From Microbotryum violaceum (taxonomy: Eukaryota), in the NCBI GenBank assembly GCA_001244265.2, contig CDLV01000006.1, positions 372,001 through 436,000 on the forward strand: 64,000 bases of DNA, written 5' to 3'. Below the pieces are notes generated by a model. The model saw nothing but the letters and a program-made list of their open reading frames with translations, was not told the origin of the DNA and did no database searches. Of the stretch, positions 24,420 to 36,646 are shown one piece after another; position 1 is the first letter of the stretch; every line of letters begins with the position of its first letter. The translations under genes were made by a program, and so were the position numbers.

Positions 24420-26304
24420 ATGTCGGTCCAACTCCAGCCTTCGTCCCAACTGGGCTTCCAACGTACGTCCAGTTTGCTTGTCCATCTCGTACCTCGTACG
24501 GGCAAGACGACGAGAGACGCGCGCGACGTGGTGACGACCGGTCGCAACGGCGTGCTGAGCTCATCGAGGCGCGTGGGCCAGGGCCGGACCAGGCCAGGCC
24601 ACTAGCCAGACCAGCCAAGCCGAGCGACCCATTCAGCGATGGTACTGCTTCAACGCCAAGCCACGCTCACTGACACCTACTCTTGCCTCTCATCAGGCCC
24701 GTTGACTCAATTGGTCAAGCGCACGCTCTCGGTCACCAATTCCAACTCACAGCCGATCGCGTACAAGGTCAAGACGACCGCGCCCAAGCAGTACTGCGTC
24801 AGGCCCAACAGCGGCAGAATCGAGCCGGGCGAGACCGTCGAGGTGCAAGGTCAGTGGCTGGCGAATCACGTTCAGCACCCCAAACACCTCGAATCGACTC
24901 GTACGGTGGTCGGGGTTGCCGCCGAGGCCCAATCGAGCGCAGTTGAGCCGAGGCTCCGTCTGGGTGGCCATCGACCGATCCCGCTATTCGTGTGCCGATT
25001 CACAGAAAGGGCCGGGATGTGGCGGGTGCAACCTCTTCCGTTCGCCGTGCAGCTTCGAGTCGCCGCTCGCGCTTGCCTCGGTCCTGTACCAGCCGGCAAG
25101 GACAACTGCAATCGCTTCATGTGACGGTGACTTGCACCCCGTTACACTCTGGGTCGTTCCGACATGATCATCCCCGGTAGTGCTCCCGAAGTCAACGCGA
25201 CCTGACAAACCTTTTCTCTCGTCCATTCATTCCTGTCAACATTCGCAGTCCTGCTGCAACCGATGAAGGAAGATCCTGCTCCGGGAACAAAGTGCCGCGA
25301 CAAGTTCCTCGTCCAGTCCGTCATCGTCACCCCGGACAAGGAGACCGCAGCTCTGCCAGACCTGGTGCGCCTCATCTCCCGATGTTCAGGACTGGAAGAG
25401 CCGAAAGCTGACTTGCCAGACTTCGGCTCTCTTTTGCAAACGGCAGTGGGCTGCGGTCGAGAAAGAGGACAAAACGACTGATCGGAGCATCATCCACGAG
25501 CAAAAAATACGTTGCATCTATCTGCCCGCCGCCGACGAAGGAGCAGCGAACGGGACCATACCTGAAGAAGAGGTCGGTGGCCTTCTTGGCCGCGTTGACG
25601 GAGCACAATTCGTCTTACGTTGCTGATTGACTTTGCGTGACTTTCGCATCGCACCATGATACACAGAGTACCAGCACAAAATCATACAAGGCAGGCTCCG
25701 CCGATGACGCCTCGGCAGCAGCCCCGTCGTCTACTCGAATAGTTGAGCCGGATTTTAAGCCCGCGGCGGGCCAACTCACGTCCGTGACGACCTCAAGCTT
25801 CAACGGCGCCAGCGAATTGACCAGAACCGCCGGAGGTGCCGTTGTAGTCGCAGCAGCGGCCGTGGGTCTCAGCGGTGCCGCCAAGTCGATCGCTCACGCC
25901 ACAGGGGCCACCGAGCCCAAGCGATCCGACACTGGCGCAGCAATTGTGACGAGTGACTCAAGCAGCAGTGCTCAGGTCGAGAAACTTCAGAGCGAGCTAG
26001 CGAGTGCGCAGGCCGAAATCGCGCGGTTGAAGGAGCACCTCGCTTTGGTCGAAACAAATTCTGCGACACTTCGATCTCGCGGAGTCGGAGCCGCGGACAA
26101 AGGTAGGACAGAGTTGGGCGCCGGCCAAGCTATTGCGACGGAAGCGCCGGTCGAGCACGAAGGAATCCCATTCCAGGTCGTTGCCGGACTCGTGGTCGGG
26201 ACGTTCGTCATTACGTGGTTAGTGCATCAAGCTTGTAGCGTCCGTCTCTCTAGTCAACTCGCTGATCACCGGCGCCACCTGCTCTGTTCAGGCTATTCTT
26301 CTGA
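24420..26304 (+). CDS. SCS2: VAP / Scs2 ER membrane protein (MSP domain, coiled coil, C-terminal TM)
   Basis: IAYKVKTTAPKQYCVRPNSGRIEPGE, KCRDKFLVQS, C-terminal VVAGLVVGTFVITWLFF. Confidence 0.92.
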
Positions 26305-26861
26305 ATCTGAGGAAGGTCATGTTCGCTCTACCCGACCCGACCCACCAACGCAATTCCTTTACACTGGATCCTCAACCATTTCTCTATTTGCCCATCGTCT
26401 GGCCGCTCGTGTATTCCTTTCATGAAATGTTTAGGTCCCTCGCCGTCGAGATCTTCGTTCGCCGAGTGAGAGCAGCCTTCCTGGGTATCGGAGACCTCTC
26501 AGAAAATGACTGGGTCCGGCACGAATCCGCTCAGTGGTGGGGATACACATGACAAGAAGGCGAAAGAAGCAACGACAGAAGAGAAGGCAAAACGAAAAAC
26601 AGTCGCATGGGTATGCGTTACGAAGGAGAGGGAGAGGCCTCGGGGTTAGAATTGAGGGGGGTGATGGGAAAGGCTGGCGAAGAGTGGGCAATCCAGAAGG
26701 TGTAGGAAGAAGAGGCAGAGTAATATCACAGACTTTTGGGATGGGTTAGAGTCGAAAGGTGCACAGAGAGAGGGTCGGGGTATGCCTTCGCCCAGGCCAA
26801 CGAAAGAGCCATGCGTCTTTTGAGTGTGGAAAAGAAAAAATGACTAGATGCGCCTCGCACG

Positions 26862-28652
26862 CTAAGAAGATTTGGGATCCTCCCCCGGGGGCGATGTCAC
26901 AGATCCTGCCGAGCCCTCGCGGGACGTTGGCGCGGCGCCGCCATCTTTCGCTGCCTCCGTCGGTTCATCGTCCCGCTCGAGCGAGAGCAGGTGCTCCCTC
27001 ATCTTTGCCTTCAACGCCTCTTGCAGTGCCATCAGTTCCGACTCGTCGCCGTCGTCGTCTTCGGATCCAAGAGCTTGCAGTCTCGTGCGACTGAGGATCG
27101 ATGTCGGTGCGCTCGATTGACCGCCACTGGCAAACGGTTCGGTGTACTCTTTCGGTGTTGGGTAAGGGACACCCTTTTCGACTCGTTCGGCAACCCAGTC
27201 GTACCACTCCTCCTTTGTGCGGTTCCCCAGTATGGCGATCACCATCGCGGTCATGTTGTCGGCGCCCAAGCCTCCCCAGTCCGGATCAGGGGCCAGGCAC
27301 TGATCCATCAAGTCCTCACAGATCGTCGACAGCTCCTTGCGTTCGGCGATACCTAATCGAACGTTGTTGATGACTTCTTGCGACTTGAGCACATCCCAAA
27401 TTCCTGTATGACGCACGGCACAGCGACAGTGATCGTAACAGGGGGCCGGGATGTCAGCACCGTGAGACTGCGGATCCAAACGCGGTTGCCGAGGTGGACT
27501 GACCGTCACAGGCAATCACGAAAAACTCGTCTTCCTCCGTATGCGTGTGGATATTGATATCGGGATCGGCGGTGACAATTTGGTGCTCCGGCTCGAGATT
27601 GGCTCCCTGCTTGAACTCGAAATCGCCCAGTGCTCGGGACAGAGCAAGGTTGCCTACGGGGGTTACCCACGGAACGTCAGTTTGTCTCCCACAACACCGC
27701 AGCTCGATATCGACAAGGCTTCAGCGAGTGCGGACTGACCATTGACCCGGTCCATCTCAACGAATCCGCCTGCAGCAACGATCCGAGACTTTTCGGCACG
27801 ATTGGTCGGCTTGTGGTCGAACGACAGAGGCTTTGCTTCACCACCGAGAGACATGACTGCTCTTGAGTCTCCAGCATTGGCCTGGCGAGGATGGGAGCCA
27901 TAATTGAGTGTTGTTAGTATTCTGAGGCGCCTGCGGGTTCGCCAATCGGTGTATTCCCAAACGGCTTAAGCCGACTCACGCAGATCAGGGTCAGATCCGA
28001 GGTGATGATGGCCGAGACGGCAGTGCATCCAGATGGGTCACCGGCAAAGTCAGGGTCTGCGAATGGTTCCAACATGAGCGCTTGCAACTGTCAAGTTGAA
28101 TCGTTCGTGTGGGCACTAAAGAACCGAGGACTGACTGGCTCGTAGGTCCTCGTCGGTTTCGAGATAGGCTCGCTTAAGTGCGGCTACATAGTCCTGCTTC
28201 TTAAATGCCTCGTTCGCTGCAAGCCGATGGTGCACCGTATCCCCCGCGAATCGTGCGACGGTGGAGCCTGGTCATCGAGAGCGAGCAGACGCGTCGATGT
28301 CGAGTGATGGGTGCACGATCGGGTCGTCCAGGCGAAATGAGTGGGACAGGGAGTACAAACAAAGAAAGGCCGAGTTCAGTTTAGTCCGAGGTGAGTGAGA
28401 CCTTGTCGAGAAGACGAGGTGCGTCGTGGGACCGGTTGGCGATTAGAGGACTAGACTGACCTCCGTGACCGTCGTACACGGCGAAGAAGGACGTCTTTGC
28501 GCCGTCGCGCTCCGGGCCGAGTGAGAGGACGTGGGCATGTGCGTCCTCCATGGCTGCGATGACGATGAGAACATGCAGCGGTAAGTATATCGAGTATGTG
28601 CGCGTGAGCATGCGTGCGTGCGTGACCCCTGTATTGGGCTCGGGGCCGCGAA

Positions 28653-28690
<38 letters not shown>

Positions 28691-29121
28691 AGACGAAGCA
28701 AACTCAACTGGTCCTCCATCCTTGCATCTCGCTGACGCCCCACATCAACCTGTACATAGCAATGACAGATCATGACTCGTAAGCAACGGCCCAGACATGG
28801 CTAGGGTCGCGTGCCGATCGGGACCGCAGTGGCGAGGCGGGTGACTGTTGGCCCGTCACCTGGCGCCGGGTTACACTGGCTGGCGAATGGCGTATGGCGC
28901 ACGCTTGCCGTCGCACCACAGGGCGGGGAATCGGGATACGAGCGCGCCAGCCAGGCCAGCCAGGCCAGCCGGCCAAAAGTCGACCGACGAATGAATGATT
29001 TGAGTGAGAGGCCCCGAGTTAGGCCACCGACGACAGCAACCACCCGTAATCAAATGTACCTTTCGTCCTCGCCAGAGGCCGTGTGCTTGTCGACAACGGG
29101 CTCGGATAGTGTTTGTCCCAT
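26862..29121 (-). CDS. PTC2: Protein phosphatase 2C, Ptc2/Ptc3-like, multi-exon
   Basis: [51 protein letters not shown]. Confidence 0.92.
28653..28688. repeat. (GAC)n microsatellite in a PP2C intron
   Basis: About 12 perfect GAC units. Confidence 0.9.
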
Positions 29122-29428
29122 GGTGGTGGCTGGGCTGGAGGATGAAGACGCTGGACAATGGTCGAGGAGGCGAGCCCAGGCCGAAGCTGAGCGAGGCTGA
29201 GCGCTGAGCGTGAAGGCATATTAGGCTAGGAGTAAATTGGCGCTAATGGGGCTAGCGCGTGTCGTTCTAATCGCCTGGTGCTAATCTCTTATTAGTACCG
29301 CCCAGATACCAAAACCACTCGCGTCGTCGTCTCGGTTTCGGCGGTGTGGGTGCTGCACTCAACCGTTAAAAGTCGTCTGCCGTGTTGCCGCATCGTCCAC
29401 TGCACTCTCGGTCGCCTCCATCTTGAAC

Positions 29429-31810
29429 ATGTCTGACGGTGAGTGCTCTAGCGTCCTTGTCCCACTCACGGCCAAGCTCGCATCGGCTGACTCCCCCTCA
29501 CACCTCAACCCACCTGGGCCACCTCTGGCCACCACCACGTCGGCCCCACGTCGCACCACACCTCAAACTCGGCCTCCTAATAGCCAACGACCCCCGGCTG
29601 GACCAGTTCGTCTCCATCACGGGCGCCGATCCGAGTCGGGCTCGCTTCTTCCTCGACAGCGCCAACGGGGACTTGCAGGTTAGTGTCATCATTCATTAGC
29701 CTACTCTCGGCCTTGGGGCTGGCACCAATGGAGCTCCACACCTCCCTTGGAGCACGTCCCAAGACTGACGGCCGCGCTTTGTCAACCTGCCTCGTCCAAG
29801 CCCACGCAAACTCGACTGACCGAGTTTTTGTTGTTGTTGTTGTTGTGGGTGGGTGCACATGACAGGTCGCCATGGCCCACTACTTTGAGCACGCTGGTGA
29901 TGACTCGGGAGGCAACGACATCGCCGTCGACGATGACGATGACGGTCTCGACGATCAGGATGCGCAATTGTTACAACCTGCTACTCGAACTGCGGGTTCT
30001 ACGCCCGCCGCAACTTCATCATCATTCGGTCAAAACCCCTCGTCCTCGTCTTCGTCCTCGGGACTCGCTCGGGGAGCTTATACCTTGAGCGGAAAACCAG
30101 CACCCCCGCTTCCAGCCGGCTGGGGAGCTGCATCAGGATCCTCACCGAGGTAGGCCATCGTTCGGCATGTCAAAGCACGTTCGGAACAGCGTGGACTGAT
30201 AATCATGGTAATCGCCGTCTTGCCTCGATAGCACTCGCTCCTCTACGCCGTCAAACCCGATCCGCTCCAGTGGCGGTCCTCGAGTGACAGGCTTCCGTGA
30301 TCTGGCTAGTGCAGGTCGACCCAGCAATTCCATCTCGTCGCATGGTGGAAATGGACCTCGCATCGGCCGCATCGGTCAAACTAACGACGACGATGACCAC
30401 GGTCGCTCCGGCGGCAACGATCCGCAGGAGTTCTTTGCAGGTGGTGGCAAGAGGTATGTCTTCACGTCGAGGAGACCTGCCAGCTTGATGTGCACGGTTG
30501 TCTGACCGCGTGTATTCTCATTGTCCTCGCAGTGGTCTCTCGGTAGAGAATCCGAACGCGAACCGAGGCAAGTTTGAGGACACGATCAAGGGTATTTTCG
30601 AGAAGGCGATAGAGTGAGTTGGGCGTGTGCTCGAGCCTGTGTGCACTCTGGCGCGCGAGCTGAACAACTCTCTATCGGCGGTCTTGTTTTAGAGGTGCAA
30701 GACGAGCTGCTGGCGGCGGGGAGTCGTCTGAAGGAGCCAGCCCTGCAAATCCCCGAGGCGTTTTCGCAGGAGCCGGTAAGATTCCTTCATGACTTTGGGG
30801 CCAGCGTGGGAGTGAACGCTGACCCTGATGCTGCTGTGTGGAACCGATAGCCCATACACTTGGCTCTGATGAAGTCGCCTCGTCTTTCATACCCGACCCG
30901 GCCTGTGCGAAGAAGGACGACGACGACGACAATGACAGCGAAGGCGAGCAAGAAACTGCGATCCGCAACTTGACCTTTTGGAAAGACGGCTTCTCAATCG
31001 AAGACGGCGATTTGATGCGCTACGATGATCCTGCCAATGCTGAGGTACTCAAGGCGATCAATGCTGGGTGAGCCGCTGCCTCGCGCGCTAGCCACCGAGT
31101 TTCTTCTCACGCGCTGACCCAACGACTTTTATCCCTACCGCCTGCCACAGCCGCGCGCCTTTGTCCCTGTTGAACGTTCGCCACGACCAGCCTGTCGAAT
31201 TGCGAGTGGCTCGTCGCATGAGTGAAGACTGGGTGCGCCAACCTCCGCCGCCAGAGGTGCCGTTTGCCGGATCAGGCCATCGACTCGGCTCGGAAGCGCC
31301 AACATTTGCAGCGGCGCCATCCACTACGAGCCATCAGGCCGCCTTGACAGCCTCTGCCGCAATTAGCACGAGCTCCACTTTCCAAGTCGACCCATCACAA
31401 CCAACTACGACCCTTCAAATACGTTTGCGCAGCGGGGAGCGGTGAGTCGCCGGCTGATGCAAGCATGCTCACATTGAAGAGCCATGTATGATTCAGAGCA
31501 AGGGCTGATCTTTTGGAGACCGCAAACGTTTTGCAGCATGGTCGCTCGTTTCAACCATACACACACGGTTGGTGATATCCGAGCTTACATCAACGCGTGA
31601 GTAGGTAAACCAAATCTGGAAGTCACTCGCATCACATGCTGATCCAACATCGTCTCTTCATCCTGGAATCGATCCAGTTCGCAACCTGGTCAAGCGACGG
31701 CCAACTACGCGTTGCAAACGCCGTTTCCTTCGCGCGATCTGACGGATGATAGTAAGACCATCAAGGATGCAGGGCTTCTGGGTAGCGTTGTTGTTCAGCG
31801 AGGGCTGTAG
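29429..31810 (+). CDS. SHP1: Cdc48/p97 cofactor Shp1/p47 (UBA-SEP-UBX)
   Basis: [78 protein letters not shown]. Confidence 0.92.
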
Positions 31811-32527
31811 CGACATCGACACTGGGACAGGGCAGCGTCAACGTGAAACATCCCGCTGATGCCATATGCGATGCAATTTTGCGACCAATGATTATTGATT
31901 TTGGTGCCCTGTATCGAGAAAGATCTCTTTGCATGCTTATTGTGCTCGTCAGACTCGGCAGCTTTAGAAGAAAATCTTTCCCCCAAGGATCAGGATCAGA
32001 GACCGATTCCGCTGTCGACACTGCTCATTTCAAAGCCCTATGATCAGCCCATTGGAAAGCTAAGTACTATACAAGCAGCGATTTCGTGTTTGACCGATCC
32101 CCTACTGGTCCGGCACCAGTCTTGAAATAGGCTCCTGAGGAATCCCCGGCAGAACTTGAGCTTGTGCCTCTCTCTGCCTCGCTCGGCTTCCGAAATGAGA
32201 AGCGTGAGTCCAGGAACACCGCTGCCGTTCTTCTCTCGGACGGAGGCCGCGTAAGTCTTTCGAACCTTTACTTTCCTACCCGTCTACTACTCCATCGCGG
32301 TTGCTCGATAGCTCGTGAGTGGTGTGGCAGCTCAGCTCCCGACTTTCAATAGGTATGTAATTCTGATATACCATGCTCAGATAAGGCCCCCTCCCTTCGC
32401 TGTAACCCCCACTGTAGTAGGTTCGGATCGACTGGTTCCGCCCGATCGCACGCAGTGTGATCAACGAGTCAAAACCACTCGCACACAGGTGGATCCAAGG
32501 GCTTCACTCCCCTGGAGACCACATGAG

Positions 32528-33965
32528 ATGACCGACCATCGACAAGCTACCTACCGTCGACTGAGCCCGGCGCCCCCGTCGCCGACGCCGTCAGCCCCCT
32601 TTGTCCGAACTCCGAGCCGAACGCGATTAGTCCTGCTCATCCTCGCTGGAACGAGTGCGGCACTGGTTGGAGTATACAGGGCGGACATTGGATCGAGCGG
32701 TCTCGGGAGGCTTGAACGTTGTGGCGCGGATTTGTACGACGAACATGGTTTCCTTCACATGGAGAAGAGGGCGGAAGGAGCCGAGGACATCAGGTGCGAA
32801 AGCAATGCTTCCCCTGCCTGTGGGCCATTGCTAGTGTCAATAATACATAGCTTACTCCGACGTCGTTTGCTTCATCGAACTTTTGATAATCACTCAACGT
32901 GCGCTCCACTCCTCAATATCCCGCCCAACACTCGTCGTGGCCCCTTCTCCAGATGGATCCCCTACACGGCCGAAAACGTTTACCCCAGCTCGCTCGACGC
33001 CGTCGCCGACATCTACAACACTTCTGTCCATCCTTCCGATGCCGACATGGCTTCTTCGCCCCCAGCTTACTCCACTCTACTCGAGACTGACCCCCAATCA
33101 CCGTCGCTGTCGTTTGCTCGCAACAGCACGATCGTCCTGGTCGGCGATTCCCACGACCGAAAGAATCTCGAATCAATGTGCTCTCGCGTGCCCGGCGCTG
33201 TGCGGCATGCCTTTGATGGACATCTCAAATGGGGATGTTCCCTTCCTTCTATCGGCCTCAACTTTGTGTTGCTTTTTCATTACGGCCTAATGACCGAGGA
33301 CGAGCCTTTCCGAGACGTTCATGATCAGCCTCCTAATCTCATTGAGCACCGCGTCGACCAGATCCTGCTGCCGATGCTTCAGGACTTTACGCCATCAACC
33401 CCCAGTCTGATTGTCTTCCAGTCCGGATTCTGGGACCTGCGTTATTGGGGGTTGCGCGCTGAGGCCGAGGGTGCAAATGCCCAAGGTCGTCTTGCCGCCG
33501 GCCTCGTCAACGGCGGCAATCGGCCCCTGCTCTGGAGCGAGCTGAAATGGTACCGGCGGAGGTTTGGGGAGGTCTTGGAGGCGCTGAAAGCAACATTCCC
33601 TAATTCAGGGATCATCACGAGGACGATCCAACCCTATCGTGACAACAGGAATGGGCGGAACGTCGCGATATTCGAAATGAACGAATCAATCAAGGCGATC
33701 AGCCGTCTGCACGACATTGCAACGATGCGATGTGAGTGTCCCGCGTAGCCAATTTACTTTACATACATTACATAGTTACCCAGTCATTTGGCCGGCGAAT
33801 CTATTTCTGTGTACAGGGGCGGAACTCTTACAGGGCACCGAGTCTTACGCCGATGACCAGCACTTTGAAATAGGGAGCCTGCCATACCGACTCTGGATGA
33901 ATATGGTGCTATACCACCTTGAAAGAAGTTTTCTAGGGTGCCTTCACGGCGGTGATAGACTCTGA
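32528..33965 (+). CDS. Type II membrane SGNH/PC-esterase-like protein (Cap64/Cas3-like glycan O-acyl modifier)
   Basis: N-terminal TM LVLLILAGTSAALVGVY; IVLVGDSHDR; SGFWDL; C-terminal DDQH (DxxH). Confidence 0.7.
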
Positions 33966-34328
33966 GAATATACATTTTCTCCTCGCCGGTATCGTATCAG
34001 AAGTTTTTGGGTCTTTCGGAAGTGACTGCTGCGCATCCAGACGATGGCATAAGCTCTAGTCTCGCAAGTGACTATCTCTTCGCGAACTGGCAAGCTTAAC
34101 ACTCATACAGATGGGGAGTAGTCGTCACTGAATTACATCAAACTGGCTCACTCCCTGGCTCAAACGCTTCCCTACTGAACGCTCTTGCTCAGACCGCTAC
34201 GTTATTACACGAACTCCTTGCAATCCGGCGGGGCCCAAAGTCGGCGCTGACTGGCCAAACCTGTGAGAAAAGATCTACCGAGCGGCACAAAAGATTATAT
34301 CGAGCCTTGATCGAAGTGCTGGACGAAC

Positions 34329-36258
34329 TCAAAACCGACACGGCAGGCTATCACATCCCCACTGCATCCGGTCCCAGATCCGCTCACGCTCGATCCACAG
34401 GTCTCCAATGTATCGCTTCAGCTCCTCCACCTTGTACGGGGGAGGGTTACTCAAATCTGCGCCATGCGCAAGCTGATGCCAGATATAAAAGGGAACAGAG
34501 GCTGAGGTGACATTGTCGTGGATCACCTGGTGAAACCCAGGATACCACCCTTCGCCGTAGCTGCCGCGAGTTGAACAGTCGTCAGCCAACTTCTTGGCAG
34601 TATCGGAAGGAGATAGCCGCCGTATGGCTTACTGAACACTTGCGCTCTCGTAGCCATTGACGCGGTGCATACATTTGTGATTCTGCCCCAGTGGCATCCA
34701 TGCGCCGGCGTATCCAAGCTCTGGGAAGGCGGTGGACGCGACTTTTAAAGGCACCACATCGTCGAGATCGAGCTTGTGGCCGTGGTAAGCCTTCTCCAGG
34801 CACACCGAGCCAATATCGGCAGGAAAATTGGCAAAGTAGTCTGGTAACAGAGTGCGCAGCATTGTCTCTTCAGGTCGAAGGCGCTGCCCGGTTGCCGCCG
34901 ACATGGTTGGAGGCAGGATCTTGGGGAAGAAATCCTCGTCTCGGTCGAGGTAGCCCAGCCAACGCGTCGGATACAGCTGGTGTGACCGGAACTTGCACGA
35001 GTTGTAATAAACGACCTATCGTCGAATTTGTGTAGTTAAGTCCTAAACCCAGTATTCTTAGGGGGTCTCAATTTGAGAAGAACTTGACCTACCTGATCGC
35101 CATACAATCCGTTATCGGCAAGATTTTTCCGGTGGCCGTAGGTCTCGAGACTGGTCGGCGGAGCATACATGAACGTATCCTTAGCGCTTGTGACCGAGCT
35201 GTAGCGTCGCACCCATTCGGCAACACTCGCATCGCGCGCATGCCAGTGCACGGTGTCGACGCCGAGACGACGCGCGTTCTCGCGCCACTCCAAAGTCACG
35301 CGAGCATTGAGATGTCCCCAAATGAGCGATAGGCAGATACCGAACTGCGGAGTGTAGAGAGCAAGAATGCACCTGCCAGACAGTTTAGTCGACCAGTAGC
35401 TTATCGGAGACCGCAAGAGTTGTGAGCAGTCTCCAAAAACGCACCTCGCTCCCCGGCTCGGGTTAGTGGGCGTTGAGCGAAAGGGAGTGTGCAAATTTGC
35501 CCTTGTCTTCCTTATAGGTCCAGGTGAGTGTCGTGGTCAGCGTCTCCCTCCTGTTTCGCGACATCGCTTCTTCGAGATGCGTAGGTACTGGGCAATTGAC
35601 GACGGCGACCCACACGAGGTTGTGTTGCCAACCTTCGACTGAGTAGAACTGGCCAGCAAACTCATGCTCGCAGGCAACACCTATGGTAAAGATGGACGGA
35701 TCGGTCGATGTGAGCTGATGAAATGCGTTGTGATAGGGTATAACTGAGGATACAATCATGCCCCATGTCAGTGCTCCGGAATCATCCTCGCCGAGGGGAA
35801 GAAGATAACCCTCGACAATCGGGGTGGAAGAGCCAGGCTTGGCGCAGGCACTCACCCTCGATATGCATCGCGAGGGAGACGTAGAGGTCATAGTCAAGGT
35901 CTTCCTTGCGGTACGTGTCCGCATTGCTCCTCACGACCGCGTGAATAAATGTGGCTCGATAATTGTCATTGGGCTCGGCAAACATCCTCTGCGATAGGCC
36001 GACGTCAGACCCGGCCCACACCACGGTCGAGCCTTGCGAATCCGAGTTCCAACCCTTGACGAGGTGGTCCCGCCACGTTGCAGCAGTTTCATGGAGCAGT
36101 CGATCGGAGCGGGCGAACAGGGAGCTCAGCGCGAGCACAACGACCAAGCCACACGCCGCGGAGATCTGAATGACCCGATTCCTGGAAAGAGCGACGCCTG
36201 GTGATGTCGGCTCCCCTATCTCCATCGTCACCATTGTGGGTTCCCTGGTCGGATCCAT
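34329..36258 (-). CDS. Type II membrane glycosyltransferase, GT92/DUF23-like, multi-exon
   Basis: N-terminal TM; GICLSLIW..LEWRENARRLGVDTVH; YGDQ..YYNSCKFR..RWLGYLDRDE (DxD); NHKCMHR. Confidence 0.6.
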
Positions 36259-36646
36259 GGCTATCCAAGCTGATCCGGAGACGGCAGAGCTTGTCAATAA
36301 CGCCAGACTTCGGCAGGAGATAGCAACGTCAACGACGCGACATACCTTGGTTCCTGTAGCTTGTTCGGTGGATGGACACGGGAGTCGGAAAGGGGGTTGT
36401 TCTGAGTCACTCGGTTACCTATGATGACATCCCACGGGGCAGGACAAGGCTCGGCCAGATCAGCATGCAGTATTAGCAAGAGGGCGTGGCGCCGACTCGC
36501 GATGCGATGGTACGCTCTCTGTCGCTCCGGACTCCGGCTCGGCGCTTTCAAACGACACACAAGCCTATGGCAGCGTCTCGAGTAATATTTCGCACACCGA
36601 TGCACCAAAATCACCATCGCTGCCCTACGAGAGCGAAGAATTCAGT

